DNA of 64,000 bases from Candidatus Bathyarchaeota archaeon (lineage in GTDB: Archaea > Thermoproteota > CALKCG01 > B24 > DRYS01), in assembly GCA_018396535.1 (NCBI GenBank), contig JAGTQC010000002.1:96001-160000 (forward strand), in the 5' to 3' direction. The translations under genes were made by a program, and so were the position numbers. Shown in pieces: positions 39,546-48,023 of the stretch (its first letter is position 1; every line of letters begins with the position of its first letter). The notes under the pieces were generated by a model, which saw nothing but the letters and a program-made list of their open reading frames with translations, was not told the origin of the DNA and ran no database searches.

Positions 39546-39941
39546 ATGCTCTTGAATTCAATATTTCCATTTCTAATTTATTTAGGAAATACGCTCAACT
39601 ATAAGATGATGTTTATGATCGGCAACACATTCATAGGCTTACCGCATGTATTAGCCGCATTTGCTCCAAATTTAATCACAGCGGCGGCAGTCTGGTTTTT
39701 GCACGACATTATTGGCGCATCTATATCCACACCAGCCTAACAAACGCTAATGCAAATCTATGCAAGAGATGATCAAAGGGCAAAAGACATTAACATGGTA
39801 TCGCTGTTTGGAACAATCGGCGTAATAGTCGGCCCAGCTATAGGCGGCTTCCTAGCGGGAATAAACATCAACCTGCCCTTCATCATCGGTGGAACTATAA
39901 TTACTGCGGCAACAATAACTTTAGCACCACTAAAATACTAA
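39546..39941 (+). pseudogene. MFS transporter C-terminal remnant with internal TAA (39738-39740)
   Basis: Two in-frame ORFs; ISTPA*QTLM...QRAK...G.IVGPAIGGFL MFS motif. Confidence 0.7.
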
Positions 39942-40113
39942 TGTACCTCTGAGGAGAGTGAAGAAAGAAGGTGTTCCTCTGGATTAAAGGATACCATAGC
40001 CTTTGAAGAAAGTAAAATATCAACTATCCGTGAACAGGGAACATTCTAATTTTATAAGAAAGCCCTTCTACTGAATAGTAAAAATTTGAGAACTAAATAA
40101 CAGTGGTGAAAAA

Positions 40114-41409
40114 ATGACATCTGTGGCAGTGCTAGGCGGTGGTTGGGCCGGTATTCTCTTTGGCTTAGAATATAAGTTAAGAAAACCAAACGCTAGAGTT
40201 GTGATTTTGGAGAAGCAGAGAACCGTAGGCGGTTTGCTTAGAAGCGAGAAAATAAATGGTCATTTGTTCGATATTGGCGGAAGCCATGTTATTTTTTCGA
40301 GGAACAAAACAATTTTAAATAGAATGCTTGAAATTATTGATGATGTTCTTGAAGTACCGAGAAAATCTTTCATAGCGTTATCCCGTCACTTTGTCCCTTA
40401 TCCTCTCGAAAACAACCTTAACGCTCTCCCTGAAGAGGATAAAATTGATGCGTTAATATCGTTTCTTGAAGCATGGAAGCTAAGACCAGATGACTTTATT
40501 CCTAAAAATTTTCGGGATTGGATTCACAACTTTTTTGGCAATTGGATTGCTGAAAAATATCTTGTCCCATATAATTTGAAGATCTGGAAGAGACCATTAG
40601 AGAATATTGATGTTGACTGGATATATACACCAGGTAGATTGCCGATTCCTGACTGGAGGGATGTTGTTAGGTCAGCCATGGGACAATTAACCATAGGCTA
40701 TATTGAACAGTCAAGGTTTTATTATCCGAGATATGGCGGAATTCAAAGAATATTTGATTGCGCGATGGGCATGGCCTACAGATATGGCGTGCGTTATATT
40801 AAAGGCTATAATGTGGTGAGCATTAAGCGCGTAAATGATGGCTGGTTCATAAATAATGAAATATACTGTAAGAAAATTGTTAGTTCGATTCCATTAAATG
40901 AACTTGTCAAACTCATGGAAGCCCCAGAACATATTATTAGATTGGCTGAGCAACTCGATTATAATAGAGTGTTAGTAGTTGGCTTAGCTATAAGGAAGCC
41001 AGCGCCAGAGCAGCACTGGATATATGTTCCAGCTCCAGACATACCCTTCCATAGATACGCATGGATATCGAACTATAGCCCATTAAACGCTCCTCCAGGA
41101 AGATCAACGCTAATAGTGGAGGTTACCATACCACCAAACCAGCCAGTTAATGCTGAAAAATATGTTGAGGAAACTCTTCAAGGACTAGAGGAACTTGGTG
41201 TTGTTAAAAGGGAAGAAATAATATTTGTAAAGGCTTGGCTACATGAATATGGCTACCCAGTCCATACAACAACATCAAACAGGGCAAGAAGTGAAGTACT
41301 TCATTGGCTTAATGAGTGGGGCATAACTCCTATTGGACGATGGGGTTGTTGGCAATACTGGAATATGGATAAAGTTTATGAAGATATTATAGAAAAGTCG
41401 TCGTTTTAG
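40114..41409 (+). CDS. FAD-dependent oxidoreductase (UDP-galactopyranose mutase/HemY-like)
   Basis: GGGWAG, GGL.RS, FDIGGSH, PYNLKIW, FYYP..GG, YPV, GRWG.W.Y.NMD. Confidence 0.8.
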   Translation: MTSVAVLGGGWAGILFGLEYKLRKPNARVVILEKQRTVGGLLRSEKINGHLFDIGGSHVIFSRNKTILNRMLEIIDDVLEVPRKSFIALSRHFVPYPLENNLNALPEEDKIDALISFLEAWKLRPDDFIPKNFRDWIHNFFGNWIAEKYLVPYNLKIWKRPLENIDVDWIYTPGRLPIPDWRDVVRSAMGQLTIGYIEQSRFYYPRYGGIQRIFDCAMGMAYRYGVRYIKGYNVVSIKRVNDGWFINNEIYCKKIVSSIPLNELVKLMEAPEHIIRLAEQLDYNRVLVVGLAIRKPAPEQHWIYVPAPDIPFHRYAWISNYSPLNAPPGRSTLIVEVTIPPNQPVNAEKYVEETLQGLEELGVVKREEIIFVKAWLHEYGYPVHTTTSNRARSEVLHWLNEWGITPIGRWGCWQYWNMDKVYEDIIEKSSF

Positions 41410-41464
41410 AGGGGCTACTTTTAAAGAGGATTATTTGCCTATAAAGGTTGGGGGGTAGCGAAAG

Positions 41465-42208
41465 GTGGAAGCAAGAATCCTGACACTGTTTTTAACTAGA
41501 GACGCATCAACTTTTGTGTATAAGAACTACGAGAAGGTGAAATTTCAAGAGGGAGTTGAGCAGGAAATTTATGTTGTGTCAGCTGAACCTATTCCTATAG
41601 AAAATAATATTGTTGTTCCTGTTCCTCGGAATTATCCGCTTCCCATAAGAATTGGTGTTACTATTAATGAAGCATTGAGACGCTTCAACCTAAGCAAGTA
41701 CACTCATATCTTCAAGGTGGATGGTGACGTTAATCTGCCACACGATTATCTTGCCAACCTTCTAGCCAAGAAGGCACCGTTAGCTGGCAGAGGTGCTGCT
41801 ATGCTTATCTCTGTTAAATTTTTGCAGAAAGTCCTTAAAGGTAAATATCCGATCAGCTACTGTGATGACGGTTACGTCTCCGCAGTTTCTGTTGCATGCG
41901 GTTATTGGCCGCCCGAGTATGATGGAGAGGATTTGCTTTGGTTCTGCCGCATTTATCAGCCAAGTAGAGAGTATTCTTATGGTCGCGAGTATTATAAGTG
42001 GGGGCTTCCGCTATCCGTTTTTATTCTACTCTTACCGCAATTATTCGTTACAAGACGACGAGACTTAAAGAGTCTTATTTATAATCTTGTTGGCTATCTT
42101 TCTGCTCTTCTCAACAAAGAGAAAAGATATCCATGGTGGAGGAGTTATGCTTACTACCGTGTAAAGCACCTAGTATCTAAACTCGATAAACTTATTACTG
42201 GGAGGTGA
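41465..42208 (+). CDS. Divergent GT-A (GT2-like) glycosyltransferase
   Basis: IN.AL...HIFKVDGDV.LP DxD region; DDGY. Confidence 0.65.
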   Translation: MEARILTLFLTRDASTFVYKNYEKVKFQEGVEQEIYVVSAEPIPIENNIVVPVPRNYPLPIRIGVTINEALRRFNLSKYTHIFKVDGDVNLPHDYLANLLAKKAPLAGRGAAMLISVKFLQKVLKGKYPISYCDDGYVSAVSVACGYWPPEYDGEDLLWFCRIYQPSREYSYGREYYKWGLPLSVFILLLPQLFVTRRRDLKSLIYNLVGYLSALLNKEKRYPWWRSYAYYRVKHLVSKLDKLITGR

Positions 42209-42214
42209 GCACTT

Positions 42215-43072
42215 ATGCCTGCTAAAATTTTATCGGTGATCACAACCCTTAAAGATGACCCAAAAATAGTTATTACTTCTCTTCTCAACCAAACAGTTAA
42301 GCCTCAGCGAATAATCGTAGTTTGCGGTACGCGTGCAATTTATAATAAAGTTTCCTTACTTAAGGGTAAGCTGCCTGTACCGTTAGAGGCAATATATGTT
42401 AAGCCAAACATGCAAGAGCATGTGGGCGTTCGTGTGGGCAAGGCTATTAATGCAGCTTTATCAACTATCAATTTAGGTGAATTTAACTATATTCTTAAGC
42501 TTGATGCTGATATTATCCTATCAAGGCGGTGTCTCGAGAAAAGCTTAGGTGTAAGCGCCGACTTAGTTGGGCTAGGTCCCTTTATGTTGGTAAATATGAA
42601 GCCATTTATATATCTGCTTGGCGGTAAATGGCCAGAGACTCCAGCTGATGACTCATATATTTGCTTATCCTTTATAAGTAGAGGATTAAAATATGAACCA
42701 TTACCTCAAGATGTTGTGGTTCTGAAAAAAGGTGGTGTGGGTGGAGGGTGGAGATACTATTTTCTTCGAGGAGTTGATTATTATCGATCAGGCATATGTC
42801 CATTGAGAATGTTTAGAATAGTTTTAAAATTAATACGCGCCAGACGTACGCTCCTACCAACTTTCACGTTTCTCGGCTACCTAACAGCTCTCTTTAAACA
42901 CAAACCTTTTTACTCATTCGCGCCAATTATATTTAGGAAAAGTTGTACAGAGGGAATTTTTCGTCGATTGAAAAAACTTAAACGTCTGCTGAGCAAGTTT
43001 CACCATGTTAAATTTATATCTTATTTTGAGGCAGTTTTAATGATGTCTTGGCTTAGGTTAATCTTTCTTTAA
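42215..43072 (+). CDS. GT2-like glycosyltransferase
   Basis: SLLNQTVKP.RIIVV, AINAAL, YILKLDADI, DDSY. Confidence 0.75.
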   Translation: MPAKILSVITTLKDDPKIVITSLLNQTVKPQRIIVVCGTRAIYNKVSLLKGKLPVPLEAIYVKPNMQEHVGVRVGKAINAALSTINLGEFNYILKLDADIILSRRCLEKSLGVSADLVGLGPFMLVNMKPFIYLLGGKWPETPADDSYICLSFISRGLKYEPLPQDVVVLKKGGVGGGWRYYFLRGVDYYRSGICPLRMFRIVLKLIRARRTLLPTFTFLGYLTALFKHKPFYSFAPIIFRKSCTEGIFRRLKKLKRLLSKFHHVKFISYFEAVLMMSWLRLIFL

Positions 43073-43819
43073 TTTCTTTATAATCCATCCGCAGATTACT
43101 AATGGGCGAAGCCTAAAAACTGAGTGAGCTAAGGTTTTCATAAACCCAACTCCCAAATCATATCTTGCATCTCCTGAAGAGAGCTGCCCTCTTACAACTT
43201 TCATTAGCGTGTTTTCACGTATATGCCAAACAAATACCTTATGCATATATATGCTTCTGTAACCTAACTTTCTCAGCCTAATATCAAGGTCTGTGTCTGG
43301 TGCGGATGTATCTTTAAAGCCACCGATCTCATGGAGAACCTCTCTTCTTATCACCCTTGCAGCTCCCCTGGGTTCCCTTCCAAACGGTGTTATTTCATGA
43401 GTTTTTTCCCATGCATAAATTATGCGATTAAGCAGGGTTGAGGGGTAGGTTTCTACCCTCGCTGAGACTGATGCTATATTTCCTCTGATTAACGGCAGCA
43501 TTTCCTTGAAGAAATTTTCTGGTAGAATTATGTCCGCATCTACTATGCTTATGTATTTTCCTGAGGAGTTTAGGAATCCTGTTTGTAGGGATTCGGCGTA
43601 GCTGTTTTTCCACCTCTTCCACGTCTTAATTATAAGCTTCTCGACGTTGAATCTCTTCGCTATTTCCGCGGTATTATCGCTGCATCGGTCGGCGACGAAA
43701 ACTATTTCGCCATTAATGCCCTTTAAGGCTCTTCTAACGCTTGCTAGACATTTTCCAACGTATTTTTCTTCATTGTGCGCACAGGTGATGACTGATACCA
43801 GCGGCTCCTCCATTAACAA
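43058..43819 (-). CDS. GT2 glycosyltransferase
   Basis: VSVITCAHNEE, DRCSDNT, VDADI, IGGF...DTDL. Confidence 0.9.
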   Translation of the reverse strand: MLMEEPLVSVITCAHNEEKYVGKCLASVRRALKGINGEIVFVADRCSDNTAEIAKRFNVEKLIIKTWKRWKNSYAESLQTGFLNSSGKYISIVDADIILPENFFKEMLPLIRGNIASVSARVETYPSTLLNRIIYAWEKTHEITPFGREPRGAARVIRREVLHEIGGFKDTSAPDTDLDIRLRKLGYRSIYMHKVFVWHIRENTLMKVVRGQLSSGDARYDLGVGFMKTLAHSVFRLRPLVICGWIIKKLKKD

Positions 43820-43831
43820 CCACTCCTCTAA

Positions 43832-44764
43832 CTACCCTTTTAGCGCGTTCACATACCTTCTTAAACCCTCATCCAATGATATACTTGCCCTAAATCCTAG
43901 AACTTCTCTAGCTCTGTTGATGTTTGCACAGCTACGCCTTATATCGCCAGCTCTTGCCTCAGTATAAATAGGTTTAATGTCTAACCCAAAAATTTTCAGT
44001 AGATGTTCGGCGACTTTATTTATGCTTGTCTCCGTGCCGGAGCCTATATTAAAGGTCATTCCTCCAACTCCCTCAGCTTTCAGGGCGAGCATAAGTGCGT
44101 TAACAACATCGCTGATAAATATAAAGTCCCTGGTCTGCTCCCCATCACCAAATATGACTGGAGCTCTACCACTCCTTAACGCTTCTATGAAGTTTGATAT
44201 GACCCCACGGTATGGGCTACGCTCCTGTCCTGGACCATAAACGTTGAAGAGCCTCAGAATTATAGTTTTAAGCCCATAGGTCTCGTAGAAAACTCTGCAG
44301 TAATGCTCAGCCGCAAGCTTACTGACGCCATAGGGGGATAATGGGTTTGTTGGGTGATTCTCGTCGATAGGTATGTATACTGGTTTGCCGTAAACGGCGC
44401 ACGATGAAGTGAAGATGAATTTTTCAACATTAGAATTTAAACTCTCCTCGAGAAGGTTTAATGTCCCAATAACGTTAACCTCATTTATCTTTTTGGGCTT
44501 CTTAAATGATAGAGGAATACTGGCGATTGCTGCTAAGTGGAAGATGTAGTCGGCTTCCTTAACAGTCTCTCTCACAACCTTCCTCCCTCTAATGTCTCCC
44601 TTAATTACCTGAAAACTTGGGTTATCTACGTACATTTGGATATTCTCAAGGCTCCCAGTAAAAAAGTTGTCTAAAACGATAACTTTAAAATCCTCCATGA
44701 GAAGCTTACCAACTAGGTGGCTGCCGATAAAGCCTGCACCGCCAGTCACCACAACTACTGACAG
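43832..44764 (-). CDS. NAD-dependent nucleotide-sugar epimerase (GalE-like), possible CTG start
   Basis: TGGAGFIGSH, SS.AVYG, YGVSK, FNVYGP, GDGEQTRDF. Frame extends to CTG 44764 behind GGTGA (ORF track gives 44752). Confidence 0.9.
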   Translation of the reverse strand: MSVVVVTGGAGFIGSHLVGKLLMEDFKVIVLDNFFTGSLENIQMYVDNPSFQVIKGDIRGRKVVRETVKEADYIFHLAAIASIPLSFKKPKKINEVNVIGTLNLLEESLNSNVEKFIFTSSCAVYGKPVYIPIDENHPTNPLSPYGVSKLAAEHYCRVFYETYGLKTIILRLFNVYGPGQERSPYRGVISNFIEALRSGRAPVIFGDGEQTRDFIFISDVVNALMLALKAEGVGGMTFNIGSGTETSINKVAEHLLKIFGLDIKPIYTEARAGDIRRSCANINRAREVLGFRASISLDEGLRRYVNALKG

Positions 44765-44869
44765 CTTATCTCACCAGCCTTACTACATAAACTGTCTAGC
44801 TACGCTGAAACTTAACGTTATCCTTGCTATCACAACAAGATAATTAAGTTTGCTGTGCGATGCTATTTA

Positions 44870-45022
44870 CTATAGCGACTTAATAATAATTCTAAAAACA
44901 AAAATAGAGATGTGGATAATGGAATAAGAGCGGCGCGCTACCTCACCGTTATGCCTGAATCTAGCGATTATCCGCATATACCGCTTAAGCCTCTCATCAT
45001 AATCATAGATCATGCTCTTCAC
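44870..45022 (-). pseudogene. Tyrosine-integrase N-terminal remnant
   Basis: (V)KSMIYDYDERLKRYMRIIARFRHNGEVA resembles, from memory, the N-terminus of archaeal tRNA-associated integrases; it lies about 60 nt from the tRNA-Asp 3' end and then degenerates. Confidence 0.5.
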
Positions 45023-45078
45023 ACTAAACCCATTATTTCCGAATTTAAAGGAGGTGAAGGAAATTGAACCATAGAGGT

Positions 45079-45156
45079 TGGCGCCCTGGGCGGGATTTGA
45101 ACCCGCGTCCAGCGGGCGACAGCCGCTGATGCTAGGCCGGGCTACACCACCAGGGC
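45079..45156 (-). tRNA. tRNA-Asp(GTC), CCA encoded
   Basis: GCCCTGG/CCAGGGC acceptor, AGCGG-CTGTCGC-CCGCT anticodon arm, GCGGG-TTCAAAT-CCCGC, G-CCA. Confidence 0.95.
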
Positions 45157-45298
45157 TTTCTAGGCATTTCTAACTCTCTTAGAAAGCTCCTTATTAAATC
45201 TTCTCCATAGGTAGGGTTGGTTTTTAAACTATATCTTACCGCTGAAGGTTATGTAGGTAAGAGCTATATGTTTAGATTCTTCTTCCAGTGTAAACTGT

Positions 45299-45874
45299 AT
45301 GATTCGTATATTAGCTATAGTAGGTAGTCCTAGGATTGGAGGTAATACGGAGATATTAGCTAGTGAAGCTCTTAAAGCTGCTGCTGAAGATGGAGTGGAA
45401 ACTATGATGATTAGACTTGCTGAAAGGGAGGTTAAACCGTGTGATGCTTGTCTTAGTTGTAGGAGTAGTAGGGAGTGTCGTATAAGGGATGATTTTCAGG
45501 AGATATTCGATAGGATGATTGAAGCTGATGGGATAATACTAGCTACACCTGTATACTTCGGTTCTGCTACACCTCAGATTATGGCTTTACTGAATAGAGC
45601 TGGATATCTATCTATGGCTAGGGGTAGGGTTTTCGAGAATAAGGTTGGAGAGGTGATAGTAGTAGCTAGACGTGCTGGACAGAATTTTACGCTAGCACAA
45701 TTACTATTCTTCCTTCTACATCAAGGTATGATAATCCCCGGATCCACATACTGGACTATAGCCTTCGGTAGGGAGAAGGGTGATGTCCTTAAGGATTTGG
45801 AGGGTGTGAATACTGTTAGGAATATGGCTAAGAGGATGGTGTGGCTTATAAAAAGGATTAAAGGCTTAGAGTAG
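45299..45874 (+). CDS. Iron-sulfur flavoprotein/flavodoxin family
   Basis: GSPR..GNT, CDACLSC.....C, DGIILATPVYF. Confidence 0.9.
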   Translation: MIRILAIVGSPRIGGNTEILASEALKAAAEDGVETMMIRLAEREVKPCDACLSCRSSRECRIRDDFQEIFDRMIEADGIILATPVYFGSATPQIMALLNRAGYLSMARGRVFENKVGEVIVVARRAGQNFTLAQLLFFLLHQGMIIPGSTYWTIAFGREKGDVLKDLEGVNTVRNMAKRMVWLIKRIKGLE

Positions 45875-45965
45875 ATGAATGTCAATACGCAGTAGTACTT
45901 TATAATCTATTCATCAATACAATTAATATTTAAATAGACGTTTGTCAACATATTTAAGGATCGTT

Positions 45966-47429
45966 ATGTACAGCGGAGCTATCGAGGAAGCTATAAAGAT
46001 CCTTAGGGAGAATAACGTTAGATGGGTTCATACATCCTTCGTGGATATAAGGGGTATTATGCATGATATAGTCGTACCTGCTAGAGAATATCTAGAAGGT
46101 AATGCCTTTAGATATGGTATAGGGTTCGATGGCTCATCTGTGAAGGGTTTTAGAGATGTAGAGGAATCTGATATGGTTTTGATACCAGATCCTAAAACCC
46201 TAGCTGTGATACCGTGGATAAGGGAGGAGGCTCAGAGAAGCGCCATAATCTTGGGGGATGTCTACGAATCCTATGGCGAAGCTGAGCCTTCTGAAGCATG
46301 TCCACGTGGATATGTAGCGAAGCGTATCGAAAGGTTATGTGAAGAAGCAGGGTTAACAGCGTTTATAGGAGCGGAGATGGAGCATTTTGTATTCAAATCC
46401 GTAGATCCGACTAAACTCGTATGGGATTTATGGGTTAGCCCAGGTGGTCACGGATTTGAGATGTGGGGTGCACCTAGGATACTCCCTGAATCACCGGAGA
46501 TATCTCCTGGCGGATATGTAGTTAAGCCTAGGGATGCATATCTACGTCCACCACCTGAGGATACGACACTCGAATATCGTAATGAAGTTGCTTCGATACT
46601 AGAGGATAGCTTCGGGTTTAGGATAGAGAGACACCATCATGAAGTAGCTACAGCAGGTCAAGTTGAGGTAAACTTCAGATTCGGTAGGCTTACAGAGACC
46701 GCTGATAGAGTAGTATACTACAAGTTTGTAGCTAAGAATATCGCTAGGATACGTGGACTCATAGCTACCTTTATGCCTAAACCCGTATACCTCGATAATG
46801 CTAGCGGTATGCATGTACATGTATCTCTATGGAGTGAAGGTAGGAATATAATGTATGATGAAGACGATAGTTACGCTGAGCTAAGCCAGGAAGCTAGATA
46901 CTTCATCGGAGGCTTACTAGAGCATGCTCGAGCATTAACAGCTATATGCTGCCCTACAGTCAACTCGTATAAGAGGCTTGTACCCGGGTTTGAGGCTCCT
47001 ATATATTTGATATGGTCTAGACGTAATAGATCAGCCCTAGTTAGGGTGCCGATGTATCTCAAGGGATCAGAATATGCTTCACATAAGCGTATCGAATATC
47101 GTGCAGTCGATCCTTCATGCAACCCCTATCTCGCATTCTCATGTATAATCGCAGCTGGGTTCGACGGTATAAGAAGGAAGATTGATCCAGGCGATCCTGT
47201 AGATGAGAATGTATACAAGCTCCCAGATGAGAGGCGTAGAGCATTAGGTATAAGAGAGCTTCCAAGTACGCTTAGAGAAGCTTTAGAAGAGATGGAGACT
47301 GATGATGTTATCCATCGTACACTAGGTAGTCATCTATTCGATAGATTTATAGAATATAAGATGGAGGAGTGGAGGCAGTACTCCATGTACATCACTCCAT
47401 GGGAGATAGTGAAGTATCTAGATTGCTAA
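45966..47429 (+). CDS. glnA: Glutamine synthetase type I
   Basis: FDGSS, HHEVATAGQ.E, TFMPKP..DN.SGMH.H.S, NSYKRLVPGFEAP, NRSALVRVP, RIEYR..DP. ATG 45966 preferred over TTG 45942. Confidence 0.97.
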   Translation: MYSGAIEEAIKILRENNVRWVHTSFVDIRGIMHDIVVPAREYLEGNAFRYGIGFDGSSVKGFRDVEESDMVLIPDPKTLAVIPWIREEAQRSAIILGDVYESYGEAEPSEACPRGYVAKRIERLCEEAGLTAFIGAEMEHFVFKSVDPTKLVWDLWVSPGGHGFEMWGAPRILPESPEISPGGYVVKPRDAYLRPPPEDTTLEYRNEVASILEDSFGFRIERHHHEVATAGQVEVNFRFGRLTETADRVVYYKFVAKNIARIRGLIATFMPKPVYLDNASGMHVHVSLWSEGRNIMYDEDDSYAELSQEARYFIGGLLEHARALTAICCPTVNSYKRLVPGFEAPIYLIWSRRNRSALVRVPMYLKGSEYASHKRIEYRAVDPSCNPYLAFSCIIAAGFDGIRRKIDPGDPVDENVYKLPDERRRALGIRELPSTLREALEEMETDDVIHRTLGSHLFDRFIEYKMEEWRQYSMYITPWEIVKYLDC

Positions 47430-47496
47430 AAATCTAAGATATGAAAGTATAAGTAGGTTTACATACACTAGGAATTTCTATAGGTGTCTACCGGGG

Positions 47497-47727
47497 TTGA
47501 GAGTATATATATTCGTAAGGACAAAGCCGGGGACATCGGAGGATGTCGTTAAGAGGATTAAGGAGAAGGTGAAGGAGGTTCTACTAGCCGATTCCATATA
47601 CGGTAGGTTTGATGCTATAATCGTATTAGATGTTCAAAACTTCGATAGATTAAACGAGATAGTATATAGAGTGATAGCTAGCGATCCTGATGTTATACAT
47701 ACAGAGACATCTCTAACTCTATCTTAA
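47497..47727 (+). CDS. Stand-alone Lrp/AsnC ligand-binding (RAM) domain protein
   Basis: YIFVRTKPG, YGRFDAI, V.HTETSL. Confidence 0.85.
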   Translation: MRVYIFVRTKPGTSEDVVKRIKEKVKEVLLADSIYGRFDAIIVLDVQNFDRLNEIVYRVIASDPDVIHTETSLTLS

Positions 47728-47740
47728 GGAGGGTTAAGAT

Positions 47741-48004
47741 ATCGCGAATCTCAAACCTAGATCCCTCCGTAGAAAGCCTATAAGAGCCTTCGTTCTAATC
47801 ACGACGAGCCCAGGTACATCCGAAGATATAGTTAGATCTAGGAGGATTAAGGGTGTTAAACTGGCAAACTCCGTCTTTGGAAGATACGATGCTGTAGTAG
47901 TGATAGAAGCTGATAGCTTAGAGGAATTGAAGAAGATAATATACGAGGTAATAGAGCAGCATCCAAACGTTATACGTACGGAAACATTGATATCTCTACA
48001 ATAA
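47741..48004 (+). CDS. Second Lrp/AsnC ligand-binding domain protein (absent from ORF track; apparent ATC start)
   Basis: Open frame ...IRAFVLITTSPGTSED...FGRYDAVVVIE...VIRTETLISLQ*, clearly paralogous to the upstream gene; SD GGAGGG 7 nt before ATC. Confidence 0.75.
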   Translation: MANLKPRSLRRKPIRAFVLITTSPGTSEDIVRSRRIKGVKLANSVFGRYDAVVVIEADSLEELKKIIYEVIEQHPNVIRTETLISLQ

Positions 48005-48023
48005 TACTGTTAAGCCTCCGAGA

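Larger units (their letters stand above)
38660..45078. mobile_element. Degenerate integrated island at the tRNA-Asp 3' end (glycosylation cargo, vapBC and integrase remnants)
   Basis: Visible loss of host CTAG/ATAG-rich style, more A/T runs, integrase N-terminal remnant next to the tRNA. Left boundary approximate; no clear att duplicate found. Confidence 0.6.
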
